Shown: piece after piece, positions 25,801 through 34,989 of the stretch | Numbering within the stretch: position 1 is the first letter of the stretch | Layout of the letters: each line of letters begins with the position of its first letter | Virus record (IMG/VR): IMGVR_UViG_3300033076_001164 | Coordinates: 1-35,850 of that record | DNA from: a virus | Lineage: Duplodnaviria; Caudoviricetes | Length of the DNA: 35,850 bases | Direction: 5' to 3' (one strand) | The notes under the pieces: model-generated | Told to the model about the DNA's origin: nothing | Seen by the model: only the letters and a program-made list of their open reading frames with translations | Database searches by the model: none | Translations under genes and position numbers: made by a program

Positions 25801-25853
25801 CTTGGCATTTTCGCGGTGGGGTCTTGCGCGGACCCCGGAAACTTTACCCCCGA

Positions 25854-26768
25854 TTAGGAGGTGAAGGCGATGCGCTGGAGGGCGTTGGGATTGCCGACCG
25901 CCGAGCCCGTGAGCCAGATGGCCTGCATATTGTGCGTGCCCATCTGCCAGTTGTAGAAGTAGCGGAGAGCGAAGGTGAAGCCCGAGTCCGGGTCGGTCAC
26001 GTTCATCTGCTCGCCACCGCCGGTCGTCGGAGCGGCCGGGACGCGGGAGACGATGACGAGGCCTTCCTTGCAGGAGGCGATGCCGTTGAGGCCTTCGGTG
26101 AAGGGAGCGCCGGAGGTCGGGAAGCCGTTGTACTCGCTGACGCCGAAGCCGTGGAGCTTCTTGTCGATGGCGTTGTTCTGGATCACGTCCGACACGCCGT
26201 ACGAGTAGGTCGAGGCGACGGTGGGATCCTGGACGAGCTGGCCGAGGCCATCGGGGCTGAGGAGCAGGTGGCGGTCCTTATGGGGGAGGTTGGCCTTGGT
26301 GAGGGCGGTCGCGGCGTTGGCGACGGCGACGCGGTTGAACGAGGCCTTGGCGCCGGAGTAGGCGGCGTTGGCGAAGTTCGCGGTCGTCACCTTGGAGAGG
26401 ACGCTGTCGAAAAGGGACTTCTGGACGGCGTTGGCGACGGGGGCGAAGAACAGGCGACGGAGGCGTTCCAGCGAGAGCGTGGAGGCTTCGTAGTCGGTGA
26501 ACGCCAGGTCGACGTAGTAGGGCTCCTCGAGGGTGATGGCAACGTCCGTCGAGACGGCGTTGGTCGGCACGAAACCGTTGGCAGGGTTGTACTGCGTGGC
26601 GGTGAAGGAGTTGGCGTAGCGGGTGTGGACCGTGGAGCCGCGCTCGGCGACGTAGGCGCCGAAGTCGGTCACCGCGATCTTGGTCAGCGGGACGAGTTCG
26701 GGAACCAGCGTGCGGAGGGATTCCTCGGCGACGAGTTGGAGGGTAAGGCCACCAATGCTGTTGGACAT
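25854..26768 (-). CDS. Major capsid protein (HK97 fold)
   Basis: 304 aa after protease/scaffold; GSTVHT, TDVAITL, LTKANLPHKDRHLLLSP, KLHGFGVSE; strongly biased codon usage; downstream terminator. Confidence 0.85.
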   Translation of the reverse strand: MSNSIGGLTLQLVAEESLRTLVPELVPLTKIAVTDFGAYVAERGSTVHTRYANSFTATQYNPANGFVPTNAVSTDVAITLEEPYYVDLAFTDYEASTLSLERLRRLFFAPVANAVQKSLFDSVLSKVTTANFANAAYSGAKASFNRVAVANAATALTKANLPHKDRHLLLSPDGLGQLVQDPTVASTYSYGVSDVIQNNAIDKKLHGFGVSEYNGFPTSGAPFTEGLNGIASCKEGLVIVSRVPAAPTTGGGEQMNVTDPDSGFTFALRYFYNWQMGTHNMQAIWLTGSAVGNPNALQRIAFTS

Positions 26769-26805
26769 AGTATTATTTTATCGGGTTAGAGTTGAACGGG
26801 AAAGG

Positions 26806-27264
26806 TTAGGTAAGCTTGAGCTTGCGGAGGATGACCGAGCGGTTGCGGTCGAAGAAGGCCTGCTTCTCCTTGGTGCCCTGCTTCATCGCGGCCCACTCGG
26901 CGACAATGTCGTCGTCCGACTTCTCGGAGGCGACGGACTCGGCGGGGCTGATTTCGACGGGCTCGACGCCTGCGGCGGCGACGATGGCAGCGGCCTGTTC
27001 GCCGGCGGTCTTGGCCTTGGCGGCGATAGCGGAGACTTCGTCCTTGGCGTTCTTGGCCAGGAGTTCGGCGGCGGCCAGCTTATCGGAAAGTTCCTTGTTG
27101 GCGGCGGCGAGCGACGCGAAAGCGGTTTCCTTCTCGGCCATAGCGGCGGTCAGTTCCGCGACCTTGGCGGTGAGGGCGTTGACTTCGCCGGCCTTGGCTT
27201 CGACCTCGGCGGTCTTGCCAGAGAAGGCTTCCTTGAGGTCCGTGTAGAGCTTTTCGAGGGTCAT
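26806..27264 (-). CDS. Scaffold protein (putative), start at ATG27264
   Basis: Ala/Glu/Lys coiled coil between protease and capsid; ATG 2 nt after the late motif. Confidence 0.7.
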   Translation of the reverse strand: MTLEKLYTDLKEAFSGKTAEVEAKAGEVNALTAKVAELTAAMAEKETAFASLAAANKELSDKLAAAELLAKNAKDEVSAIAAKAKTAGEQAAAIVAAAGVEPVEISPAESVASEKSDDDIVAEWAAMKQGTKEKQAFFDRNRSVILRKLKLT

Positions 27265-27266
27265 CT

Positions 27267-27286
27267 TGACTTTAGCCAAGTGTCAA
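27267..27286 (-). promoter_or_regulatory. Late-promoter motif copy (TTGACACTTGGCTAAAGTCA)
   Basis: 2 nt before ATG27264. Confidence 0.8.
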
Positions 27287-27289
27287 CAA

Positions 27290-28330
27290 TCACGCCTTGC
27301 CGTCCGTCTCGACGGGCGTGCAGGAATCGGTCGGGATTTCCTTCGGCTTGACGTCGTCATCATCCTCGTCGTCGGACGACTTCTTGTTCTTCTTCTTCAA
27401 ATCCTTGATGGGTTCTACATCGTCCTTATCGCCATGTTCCGGGCTGACGTCGGCGGCGTATTGGCCATCGACCTGCACGACGGGTTCCTGTCGCTCGACT
27501 CCGAGGTAGACGTCGGCTCCAAGCGTCTTTAGGACGTCGTCCAAGGTGTCCTTGATGCCCGTGATGAGCATCTTGGCGGCGGCTTCCTCGCCGCTCCAGC
27601 ATTGGCCCTGCATATCCTTGACGTCGGCTAGCGTGCGCTTGCGCTGGATGGCAGTCTGGAACTGCCTGTGCGTGCCGTTGACGCCGGAAAGGAGCAGGTT
27701 CTTTTGCTCGGGGCTCATGTTGGTGCCAGGGAAACCGGCGGCCTTGGCCCAGCCGGCCGAGATGACCTCCATCGAGTAGCCTTCCATCTCGTAGGCCTTG
27801 GACTCGTTGAGGAAGGCGATGTAGACTCCGATGCTTCCGACCGTGGACGATCCGCTGGCGTAGACGTCGTCGCATTGGCTCATCAGCCAGAAGGACGCGG
27901 AGCAGGACTGGGAACGGGTGTAGCCGACGGTGTGCTTCTTGCAGGCGGCGATGCGGTTGGCGAGTTCCGGGACGCCCGTGACGGTGCCGCCAGGGGAGTT
28001 GAAGACCATCAAGATGTGCTTGATGGCGGGGTCGCGCTCGCAGTCCTCCAGCATCTCCTCGACGTCGTCCACGTCCACGCAGCCCATCATCTTCTCGAGC
28101 TCCGTGAGCTCGTTGCCGATGATGCCGCGGATGGTGACGATGGCCAGGTTGCCGTGCTTGAACAGCGAGACGGACTTGCCGAAGACCATCTCCAGCATCT
28201 CCTCGATGTCGTCGTTGGCCTTGAGGCCGGAGGGAGAGAACTTGGCCACCTTGTCGAGGTAGGCCTTGGCCTTGTGTCCTTCGATGAGGACGGGCGTGAT
28301 GGTGCTGAAAGCGTTCTGGATGGTGCTCAT
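27290..28330 (-). CDS. S49-family (SppA / lambda gpC-like) head maturation protease
   Basis: FNSPGGTVTG, SCSASFWLMSQCD, GSIGVY, AGWAKAAG, MQGQCW. Confidence 0.9.
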   Translation of the reverse strand: MSTIQNAFSTITPVLIEGHKAKAYLDKVAKFSPSGLKANDDIEEMLEMVFGKSVSLFKHGNLAIVTIRGIIGNELTELEKMMGCVDVDDVEEMLEDCERDPAIKHILMVFNSPGGTVTGVPELANRIAACKKHTVGYTRSQSCSASFWLMSQCDDVYASGSSTVGSIGVYIAFLNESKAYEMEGYSMEVISAGWAKAAGFPGTNMSPEQKNLLLSGVNGTHRQFQTAIQRKRTLADVKDMQGQCWSGEEAAAKMLITGIKDTLDDVLKTLGADVYLGVERQEPVVQVDGQYAADVSPEHGDKDDVEPIKDLKKKNKKSSDDEDDDDVKPKEIPTDSCTPVETDGKA

Positions 28331-28333
28331 TGG

Positions 28334-29941
28334 TTATTCTTCCTCGGGTTGGGGCTTCACGTTGGGGTCGTCCACGGACACCTTGACCTCCTCGCCGTCG
28401 TCCATGTAGGACATCGTCTCGCCTGGCGGCTCGTCGGCGAAGGAGGAGTTGACGTCCATAGGGGTGACGTTCTGGGGCTTGTAGATGGCCGAAGGCTGGA
28501 TCTCGTACTCGTCGGCCAGTTCCTTGATGTATGCCTTCTCTGCGGCGTTCTCGCGGAGCTTCTCCTTCGGGTCGTCGCCGTTCTCGAGGTGGAAGTCGGT
28601 GATGGACTTGATGCCCGTCTCGATGTCGAGTCGGGTCTGCTGGGCGTCTCGGCCAGCGTCCACGGTCACGCGGCGAGGCGTCGTCCATGACACCTGCATG
28701 AAGGTGTTGATGGGGGGAAGCTTGCCTTCCTTGATTGCCTTTCCGATGACGTAGCCCCAGACGGGCGTAAGGAAACGCTGCATCAGCACGGCTTGGCGGT
28801 GCTGGAACTTGCGGTCGGCCTTGGCCACGACGAAACGCATGGTGGCGCCGCCGGCCTTGGTCGGGTCATGGACGAACTCGTAGGGCAGTACGCCGGCCAA
28901 GGAGTCGCGGATGAGGTGCTCAATGAAGCCCGTGAATGTCGCGTTGGGGCGGTTGGACTCGAAGGACTCCAGCTTCTCGCCAGGGGCCAAGGCGATGGTC
29001 TTGCCGCCGAGGAACGTGGACGCTTCGTTGGGGTCCGTGAGGCCGTTGTTGCCGTAGTCTTGAGGGCGCATCCCGAAGGCTTCGAAATCGGACTGGGTGC
29101 CGTCGAACTGGGCGTTCTCGCGGTTGATGGTGCGGACTACGTCGGTGTTCGTCTTGACGGCCAACTTCTCCAGCGAGAGGATTTCCAGCATATCGATCAG
29201 GTTGTTGATCGAGTGCTGGAGGGGGGAGTAGGCGCGCGCGCCAGAGGCGAGTTCGGGCTCGTATAGGTGCAGCATCGCGTTGGCGGGAACCTTGCGGCTG
29301 GAACCGTCCGAACGAATGACGTTGTAGTACTCTGGAGCGCCGTATGGGCCGAACTGGATGCCGTCCACCATGCCTGGAGGCGGGGATTCGGACGTCGGAT
29401 TGCCGACCTTGTGCGACTCGATGATCTGGAGCTTGGGCGAACCGTCGCGGCCCTTGGTCTTGATGACGAACACCTCGCCGTCTCGGTCGATGAGGCGGCA
29501 TAGGATGTGCTGGACCTCGAAGAACGAATAGCGGCCGGTGATGTCGGCCGAGCGCGAACCCCATTTCTTGAAGTATGCCTCGGCCATGTCGTCCCATGCG
29601 TCGTTGCCGGATTGGGCCTGCACCTTGATGCCTGAGCCAACCGAGTACATCGCGATGTCCGCGATGACCTGACGGATGAGGCCAGCATTGAGCTCCAACC
29701 AGCGCATACGCCGGGTGGTCTCCATGCGGTCGAACACCGTCATGGTCTTCTTGAAGTCCTGCGCCCACGACGACCAGATCCATGAGCGCTTGTTGCTGAA
29801 CTTCGCGGATTCGAAGTTCGAGAAGATGCCAGGGCCTGTCGAGGCCTGCTGCCTCAAGCCAGGCGTGACCGCCTTCGGGTTGACCTTGGGGTTCTTCGTC
29901 GCCTTCTTCGGCGGCGTCTTGGGGGTCTTGTCTTTACGCAT
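28334..29941 (-). CDS. Lambda-family portal protein
   Basis: R..R.LELNAG, VGSGIKVQ, DGEVF, DGIQF..YGAP..Y, RAYSPL, LAPGE, LPYEFV, W.TP. Confidence 0.92.
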   Translation of the reverse strand: MRKDKTPKTPPKKATKNPKVNPKAVTPGLRQQASTGPGIFSNFESAKFSNKRSWIWSSWAQDFKKTMTVFDRMETTRRMRWLELNAGLIRQVIADIAMYSVGSGIKVQAQSGNDAWDDMAEAYFKKWGSRSADITGRYSFFEVQHILCRLIDRDGEVFVIKTKGRDGSPKLQIIESHKVGNPTSESPPPGMVDGIQFGPYGAPEYYNVIRSDGSSRKVPANAMLHLYEPELASGARAYSPLQHSINNLIDMLEILSLEKLAVKTNTDVVRTINRENAQFDGTQSDFEAFGMRPQDYGNNGLTDPNEASTFLGGKTIALAPGEKLESFESNRPNATFTGFIEHLIRDSLAGVLPYEFVHDPTKAGGATMRFVVAKADRKFQHRQAVLMQRFLTPVWGYVIGKAIKEGKLPPINTFMQVSWTTPRRVTVDAGRDAQQTRLDIETGIKSITDFHLENGDDPKEKLRENAAEKAYIKELADEYEIQPSAIYKPQNVTPMDVNSSFADEPPGETMSYMDDGEEVKVSVDDPNVKPQPEEE

Positions 29942-30208
29942 TTAGAGGCCGCGGAAGTTGTTCAGCATATTGATGACCCGCGTCTTATCGATCGCACCGT
30001 ACTTCTGGGGGTCTTTCACTTGCAGAGCATATCGCGCCTCTAGGAGCGTCTGTGTGATGGTCATCGGGAACTCCTTCGTCACCGAAGTGCCGGAGTCCGA
30101 GTATTCCATCATCGTTTTGCCCTGCTTGAGCAGGGACACGGCGGTGGCCACGATTTCTTCGATGTCGGAAATCTCTAAAACAAGGAAAATGCCTTGGGCA
30201 CGGGCCAT
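29942..30208 (-). CDS. Head-tail joining protein (gpW-position)
   Basis: 88 aa between terminase and portal; helix-hairpin-helix pattern. Confidence 0.6.
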   Translation of the reverse strand: MARAQGIFLVLEISDIEEIVATAVSLLKQGKTMMEYSDSGTSVTKEFPMTITQTLLEARYALQVKDPQKYGAIDKTRVINMLNNFRGL

Positions 30209-30210
30209 CT

Positions 30211-30230
30211 TGCCTTTAGCCCCATGTAAA
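30211..30230 (-). promoter_or_regulatory. Late-promoter motif copy (TTTACATGGGGCTAAAGGCA)
   Basis: 2 nt before ATG30208. Confidence 0.8.
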
Positions 30231-30234
30231 GGGG

Positions 30235-30303
30235 GGCTGGCCGCATCACGCTTACGTCATCAGAGCCACCAATGACACCCCCAACACACAGATGCGGCCA
30301 GCC
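30235..30303 (-). ncRNA. Long intergenic stem-loop (13-bp perfect closing stem)
   Basis: GGCTGGCCGCATC(30235-47)/GATGCGGCCAGCC(30291-303) with inner TGTCATT/GATGACG stem on the minus strand. Confidence 0.5.
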
Positions 30304-30335
30304 TTACGTCGATTGAGGCGTCCGTAATCTACAGG

Positions 30336-32189
30336 TCAAGCGGAATCCGTCGATTCCTTCACCGGCTTCTCGTCGTCCACGGGCGTGGCCCCGCGGTTCT
30401 TGCCCTTGCCGATGAGCTTGGCCATCATCGCCGGCAGGATGCCGATGACCTCGCAGTCCCACAAGTGGTTCGCACGGTCGCCTACGGGCAGCCAGATCGG
30501 CGTGCCGGCGTTGGACTTGGTGCGGTGCTCTGACTGCATCTGCTTGCGGTACTCGTCCCCTGCGTCCTCGGGGTAGGTGTGGTGCCCGGCGCGGCGTAGG
30601 CGGGTGAGGGAGTCCTTGAACACCAGGTTAGAGAACAGGTACAGTTTGCAGGACTGGGCACCGACCTGGATGACCTTGGCCCGTTGGTAAGGGCGGTAGG
30701 CCACCTTGATGCCGTAGGGGGTCTGGATACGCCACGCAAACTCGTTCTGGCCGGAACCCTTGGTGGCGTTCCAGCCGAAGCGGGCGCATAGGCGGTAGAC
30801 CGCATCGGTGTTGGGTCCGTCGCCCGAGTCGAGGAAGGTGAAGAAGTTGGCCACCTCATGCTTGAGCTGTGCCTCCCGCAACTGCTCGTCCGTCTCGACG
30901 TACCCCCACCAGACCATGCGGCTCTTTCCGTCGGCCGACCACGACCTGATGACGGCGTAATACCCCTTGCGCTGGACGTCCACCTGCATGAACCGAAGGC
31001 GTGCAAACTGCTTGGCCTTGCGGTGTTCTTCGGTGATGGGGGCCGCCTGTAGTTTGCCGTCCACCATCGCCCCCTCGTCGGCCCAAGGGTCGGACATTCG
31101 GTATCCGCTAGGCATGACCTCGCCGCCTCCGTCGTCTGGTTCGTCGGACCAAGAGAGGGCCAAGCGCTTCTGCTTGAACTCGACGCGGGATGTCTCATCC
31201 CCGTGCTCGTCGAAGGCCTTCTTGCCCATAATGGCCTCCTCGGCAAGCTGGCCCCATGACAAACCCCATTGGGCACAAAGGGAGTTCCAATGGAACCCGA
31301 CGAAGCCCTTTGGGGCCGCAAAGTTCATCGGGACGTACTCGCCCTTGGCGTTCATCTCCGTGCGGACCACGAAGGAGTCGTCGTGCAGGTGTCCGCAGGA
31401 CTTGCACTTGTACTTCACGCCGGCCTTCACCTTGTCGATGTCCCAGCCGTCGCCGCCCTTGGCTCCTTCGGGGTAGATGATCTGGTCGAACTCGTAGGCC
31501 TGCTGCGCGTCGCAGGACAGGCATCGGAACATCCACTCGCGGCGGTCCGTGCTGTTCCAGAGGTTCGTGATGTCGTCGCCTTCGTGCCCTCCCTGCGAGA
31601 TGAGCACGGACTTGCCGTTCCACGTGAACGCGGTGCGGCGGCGCAGGGCTTCGTTGAGGTGGCCTTTCTTCCAAAGCCAGACCTCGTCGCCGCCAAGATA
31701 GCGGATGGAGCGTCGCTGTAGGTTGCGTTTGTTCTCGGCACCGAGTATCCACATCGTGCAACGCTGGAACTGGTTGGTGTGCCAGTTGGACTTCTCCTGC
31801 GTGTTCATGCGGGAGCGAACGGCCGGCGTGTGGTCCCAGATATGCTTGAGTCGGTCGAGCCGCCAGTCCTTGGCGTTCTGGTCGACGTCCTGGAGCAGCA
31901 AGGTCGGGCCGGGTGCTCGGCCAGCGATGTAGGCGGACCAGAGTTCCAGCAGGGTTGACTTGCCCATCTGGACGGCCCCGAAGACCACGATGGTGTGGAT
32001 CTCCGGGTCGGTCATCGCCCGCAGGATGGGAGCGAGGTAAGGCGTGGACTCTACGCGGAAGGCGCCGGGCATCGCCCCTGGCATCGACTTCACGTTGGAC
32101 TCCAGCCAATCGACGATGTCTCCGTCGGGGTCGGGGGCGAGGATGGAGCGGAGCGTGCGCTCGTAGATGTCGGCGACGTCTTGGCTCAT
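30336..32189 (-). CDS. Terminase large subunit (lambda GpA family)
   Basis: TPYL, AVQMGKST, GDEVW, CxxC pairs, GFHWNSL, VDVQ, NHLWDCE. Confidence 0.95.
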   Translation of the reverse strand: MSQDVADIYERTLRSILAPDPDGDIVDWLESNVKSMPGAMPGAFRVESTPYLAPILRAMTDPEIHTIVVFGAVQMGKSTLLELWSAYIAGRAPGPTLLLQDVDQNAKDWRLDRLKHIWDHTPAVRSRMNTQEKSNWHTNQFQRCTMWILGAENKRNLQRRSIRYLGGDEVWLWKKGHLNEALRRRTAFTWNGKSVLISQGGHEGDDITNLWNSTDRREWMFRCLSCDAQQAYEFDQIIYPEGAKGGDGWDIDKVKAGVKYKCKSCGHLHDDSFVVRTEMNAKGEYVPMNFAAPKGFVGFHWNSLCAQWGLSWGQLAEEAIMGKKAFDEHGDETSRVEFKQKRLALSWSDEPDDGGGEVMPSGYRMSDPWADEGAMVDGKLQAAPITEEHRKAKQFARLRFMQVDVQRKGYYAVIRSWSADGKSRMVWWGYVETDEQLREAQLKHEVANFFTFLDSGDGPNTDAVYRLCARFGWNATKGSGQNEFAWRIQTPYGIKVAYRPYQRAKVIQVGAQSCKLYLFSNLVFKDSLTRLRRAGHHTYPEDAGDEYRKQMQSEHRTKSNAGTPIWLPVGDRANHLWDCEVIGILPAMMAKLIGKGKNRGATPVDDEKPVKESTDSA

Positions 32190-32818
32190 TCCTCGTCGTC
32201 CTCCGAGGTTTCGGATTCCTCGACCTCAAGCGGGTCGGCCTCCTCGGTTTCCGCGGGGGTCAGTTCCGTCACCTTCACGGCCTCGATTTCCTCCTCGGAG
32301 ATGCGGGCCAGCATCTTGTTGATCTCCTCGTCGATGGCCTTGAGGGCTCGGCCAGGATGGTCTGGGTTGGCCTTCGGGGCGACCTTGGTGCCGAGCTGGA
32401 TGAGCTGCTGGCGCAGGTCGGAAAGCACCTTGCCGAAGCGCTCGATGGCCGTCTGGGTTCGGATGAGTTCCTTGGACGCGATCTGCCGGGCGAGCAGTTC
32501 CTTCTCCAGCGTCACGAGCGTCTTGACCAGCTTGTCGTAAGTTGCGTAGGACTTGGAGGCCTCGGGCGTGTCGATGTCCTCAAGGTATTTCTTGTACGCG
32601 ATGGCCTTTAGTTCCCGCTGCTTCTCGACCGTTTCGTCGAAGTCCTTGTCGGGCTTCACGGGGATGGTGGCCTCGGAGCCGCCCTTGGCTCGGCGTGACA
32701 TGACCCAGGCCTCCGCGGACTCCAGGGAGTCGATGGGCATACCTTGTTCGACCCACTTCTGGACCTGCTGCTTGGCGACGCCGAGGCGTCCGGCGAACTC
32801 GACCTTGGTGATCCTCAT
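32186..32818 (-). CDS. Terminase small subunit (Nu1-like)
   Basis: N-terminal wHTH EFAGRLGVAKQQVQKWVEQGMP, coiled coil, directly upstream of TerL. Confidence 0.8.
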   Translation of the reverse strand: MRITKVEFAGRLGVAKQQVQKWVEQGMPIDSLESAEAWVMSRRAKGGSEATIPVKPDKDFDETVEKQRELKAIAYKKYLEDIDTPEASKSYATYDKLVKTLVTLEKELLARQIASKELIRTQTAIERFGKVLSDLRQQLIQLGTKVAPKANPDHPGRALKAIDEEINKMLARISEEEIEAVKVTELTPAETEEADPLEVEESETSEDDEE

Positions 32819-33123
32819 CGGAAAAGGCCAAGGAAGACACCTCCGCTACCGCCTGTGCGCAGGGGGAGGATATGGTTCTGCGGTTCGGTCTTTGCCTCGG
32901 ATTCGTCCTTGGCGTTGAGTTCGTTGCAGAACACGATGGCGTCATGGGCGTCCCGCATGGATACGAAATCCCTTTTGCCGCCATCGTATAAGCAAGTCAT
33001 TCCGTAATCCTTGCCGTCCTGCTTCCCGGTCTTGTGGGGCGGGTCGGTGTCCTCGAAGTAATACAATGTCTTACCGTCCTTCGGCTTGCTGATGAAGATG
33101 CGGTAGCGTGGCCGTTTGTTCAT
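32815..33123 (-). CDS. Hypothetical protein (MNKRPRYRIF...)
   Basis: ATGA-coupled at both ends. Confidence 0.65.
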   Translation of the reverse strand: MNKRPRYRIFISKPKDGKTLYYFEDTDPPHKTGKQDGKDYGMTCLYDGGKRDFVSMRDAHDAIVFCNELNAKDESEAKTEPQNHILPLRTGGSGGVFLGLFR

Positions 33124-33413
33124 TCGATGGTAGTCTTGGTGCTGTACGCCTCGATCGTGATTTGGTTCAAGCCATTGTAGCACTTGTCGATATTGAAGTC
33201 CTTCACGACATACTCTGCATCTTTCCAGACTTGGAGTTTCTTCGCCGTATGGATGATGGCGTATCCGTGGTGGTCGTGCACGTACTGTATCCCGATGTCC
33301 ACCCATCCGGTGTAGATGATTTTTTGGCCTTTCTTGGGCATACGTTGTAAGACGCTCATCACACCCGTGATGGTCGTCACGGTCCGCTTGTCATCTTCTC
33401 GGTGGTATTTCAT
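33120..33413 (-). CDS. Hypothetical protein
   Basis: ATGA-coupled; lower-GC codon usage. Confidence 0.65.
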   Translation of the reverse strand: MKYHREDDKRTVTTITGVMSVLQRMPKKGQKIIYTGWVDIGIQYVHDHHGYAIIHTAKKLQVWKDAEYVVKDFNIDKCYNGLNQITIEAYSTKTTIE

Positions 33414-33958
33414 TTGCGTTTCAATCGTTCGCAGGCGTGGTCGGACTTCATGTACACCGACGGCGGCAGGCCCATCTTACGCTGGATGTGCTTCACGCGG
33501 CGGCTTATCTCGGCCCTCGTCACGTTGTGACGCTTGGCCAACTCCGTCATCGTCGGCTGCCCGGGCACCCCGAGGGCGATGTACTGGCACGTCCCGAACA
33601 GCCGCACGTCCGGGCTCTGCGAGTCCGTCCACGGCGCGATGACCTTGCGGATGATGTCGAGCACCTCCTGCTGCGTGTATGTCCTGTCGTCCATAAGGGT
33701 TTCGTCGCCGACGGCCATCTCTGCCTGCCACTTGGCCCCGAGGGCGTAGTCCACGTCGTACGACCTCGCCGACCAAGGCGTGCGTTCCCACGACGAGGCC
33801 GAGCGGTCGCTGTCGACGTAGCGGTGCGCGAAGCCGATGCCGGAGTTGCCTGGGTTCTTCGGGTCGAAGCCCGTCTCGATGAGCGACACGCGTTCGTTCG
33901 CCGGAATGCGTCGCCACCAAGCGGCGTAGATCGCGGCCATCTCGGAGGCCTTGCTCAT
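33410..33958 (-). CDS. Protein with C-terminal sigma70-region-4-like HTH; candidate late-transcription activator
   Basis: PTMTELAKRHNVTRAEISRRVKHIQRKMGL; ATGA start at 33958; upstream of the terminase. Confidence 0.6.
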   Translation of the reverse strand: MSKASEMAAIYAAWWRRIPANERVSLIETGFDPKNPGNSGIGFAHRYVDSDRSASSWERTPWSARSYDVDYALGAKWQAEMAVGDETLMDDRTYTQQEVLDIIRKVIAPWTDSQSPDVRLFGTCQYIALGVPGQPTMTELAKRHNVTRAEISRRVKHIQRKMGLPPSVYMKSDHACERLKRK

Positions 33959-34263
33959 GAGGTGGGAGGTTTTGGACATGGCATCCAATGGGTCATGCCG
34001 CAGAAATGATGGGCGGTCTGGGATATCGAGACGAAAGATGGTTCCCAATAACGGGTTGGACCGACGCATTCCTCCTTGGAATACCACCTCGCGCCTTCGA
34101 CGCGGTATCCGTCGCCCGTCGGATATTCGTTTGTCTTAGGCCAGAACAGCAGGATGTGGCTTCCGTCCTTAGGAGCGGTCTCGATGGGCTGCCACGTCTG
34201 GTTCATGATCGCCGCATAGATGTCGGCTTGGATGCAGCCGTATTCCTCGTTGCGTTCGCTCAT
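33955..34263 (-). CDS. DUF551-like protein
   Basis: WQPIETAPKDGSHILL ... THWMPCPKPP. Confidence 0.8.
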   Translation of the reverse strand: MSERNEEYGCIQADIYAAIMNQTWQPIETAPKDGSHILLFWPKTNEYPTGDGYRVEGARWYSKEECVGPTRYWEPSFVSISQTAHHFCGMTHWMPCPKPPTS

Positions 34264-34613
34264 GGTTCTCCGCCGCAATGTTTGCGGTATTCATGGACGA
34301 TGCGGTCGATGGCGTCGTGGCATTTCCGGGTGTCCGCCTTGCAGTCGAACTCGTAGATGGCCCAGTCCAGGCGTTCAAGCAGTCCATGAAAAAGGGCCAG
34401 TTCCTGCTGTAGCCCGCCGATATGGTTGATGTCGTGGATGCGTTCCAGTTTGAGTTTCCTGCAATCGGCACAATGTGGTTGTGCTTCTGGGCCTTTCCTC
34501 AAACTGAGGATGACGGAAGCCTCGGCCTCGCGCATCAGCGGGTCGTCCACGTAGCCGCGTTCGGCGTTGGACTCCGCCTTGTTCTGGAGGCCGATCTTCT
34601 TCTTCCTGCTCAT
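34260..34613 (-). CDS. Hypothetical protein (CxxC)
   Basis: ATGA-coupled at both ends. Confidence 0.7.
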   Translation of the reverse strand: MSRKKKIGLQNKAESNAERGYVDDPLMREAEASVILSLRKGPEAQPHCADCRKLKLERIHDINHIGGLQQELALFHGLLERLDWAIYEFDCKADTRKCHDAIDRIVHEYRKHCGGEP

Positions 34614-34861
34614 AGGTTGCTTCCCCGTGCCTTGCGGAGCTTCTTGATGCGTTTGTGCGCCCGATAGTTGTCGGGGTTGTCGAGCCCGATGATGCAGTAC
34701 GTGTCGTACGCGGAGTCGGCGAAACGACGTGTTAACTTGATGGTCGCCTCGTCGGCTGGAACCTTCCCCGTCTCATGGTCGTCGGCCACCTTCATCGCCC
34801 GCAGCCAAGCGTAGCGTGCCCGTGCCTCCATCCAGCGGTGGTAGTCGTCGAGCTTGCTCAT
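34610..34861 (-). CDS. Hypothetical protein (MSKLDDYHRW...)
   Basis: ATGA-coupled at both ends. Confidence 0.65.
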   Translation of the reverse strand: MSKLDDYHRWMEARARYAWLRAMKVADDHETGKVPADEATIKLTRRFADSAYDTYCIIGLDNPDNYRAHKRIKKLRKARGSNL

Positions 34862-34989
34862 CGCTTGTTCTTCCCGAAGGCTCCCTTGGTCTTCTTCCTG
34901 CGCTTGGCGTCGTCCTTCCGTACGGGACGCAAAAGTTCCCACGTCGTGTGCGCGATGGTTCCCGGCTCGTTGGGGTTGCGCTTGCTCAT
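34858..34989 (-). CDS. Small basic protein (MSKRNPNEPG...)
   Basis: ATGA-coupled at both ends. Confidence 0.6.
   Translation of the reverse strand: MSKRNPNEPGTIAHTTWELLRPVRKDDAKRRKKTKGAFGKNKR

Noticed and set aside
27265-27279. TTG start (MAKVK...) for the scaffold gene
   Set aside because: It lies inside the promoter motif; ATG27264 matches the 2-nt spacing seen at two other copies
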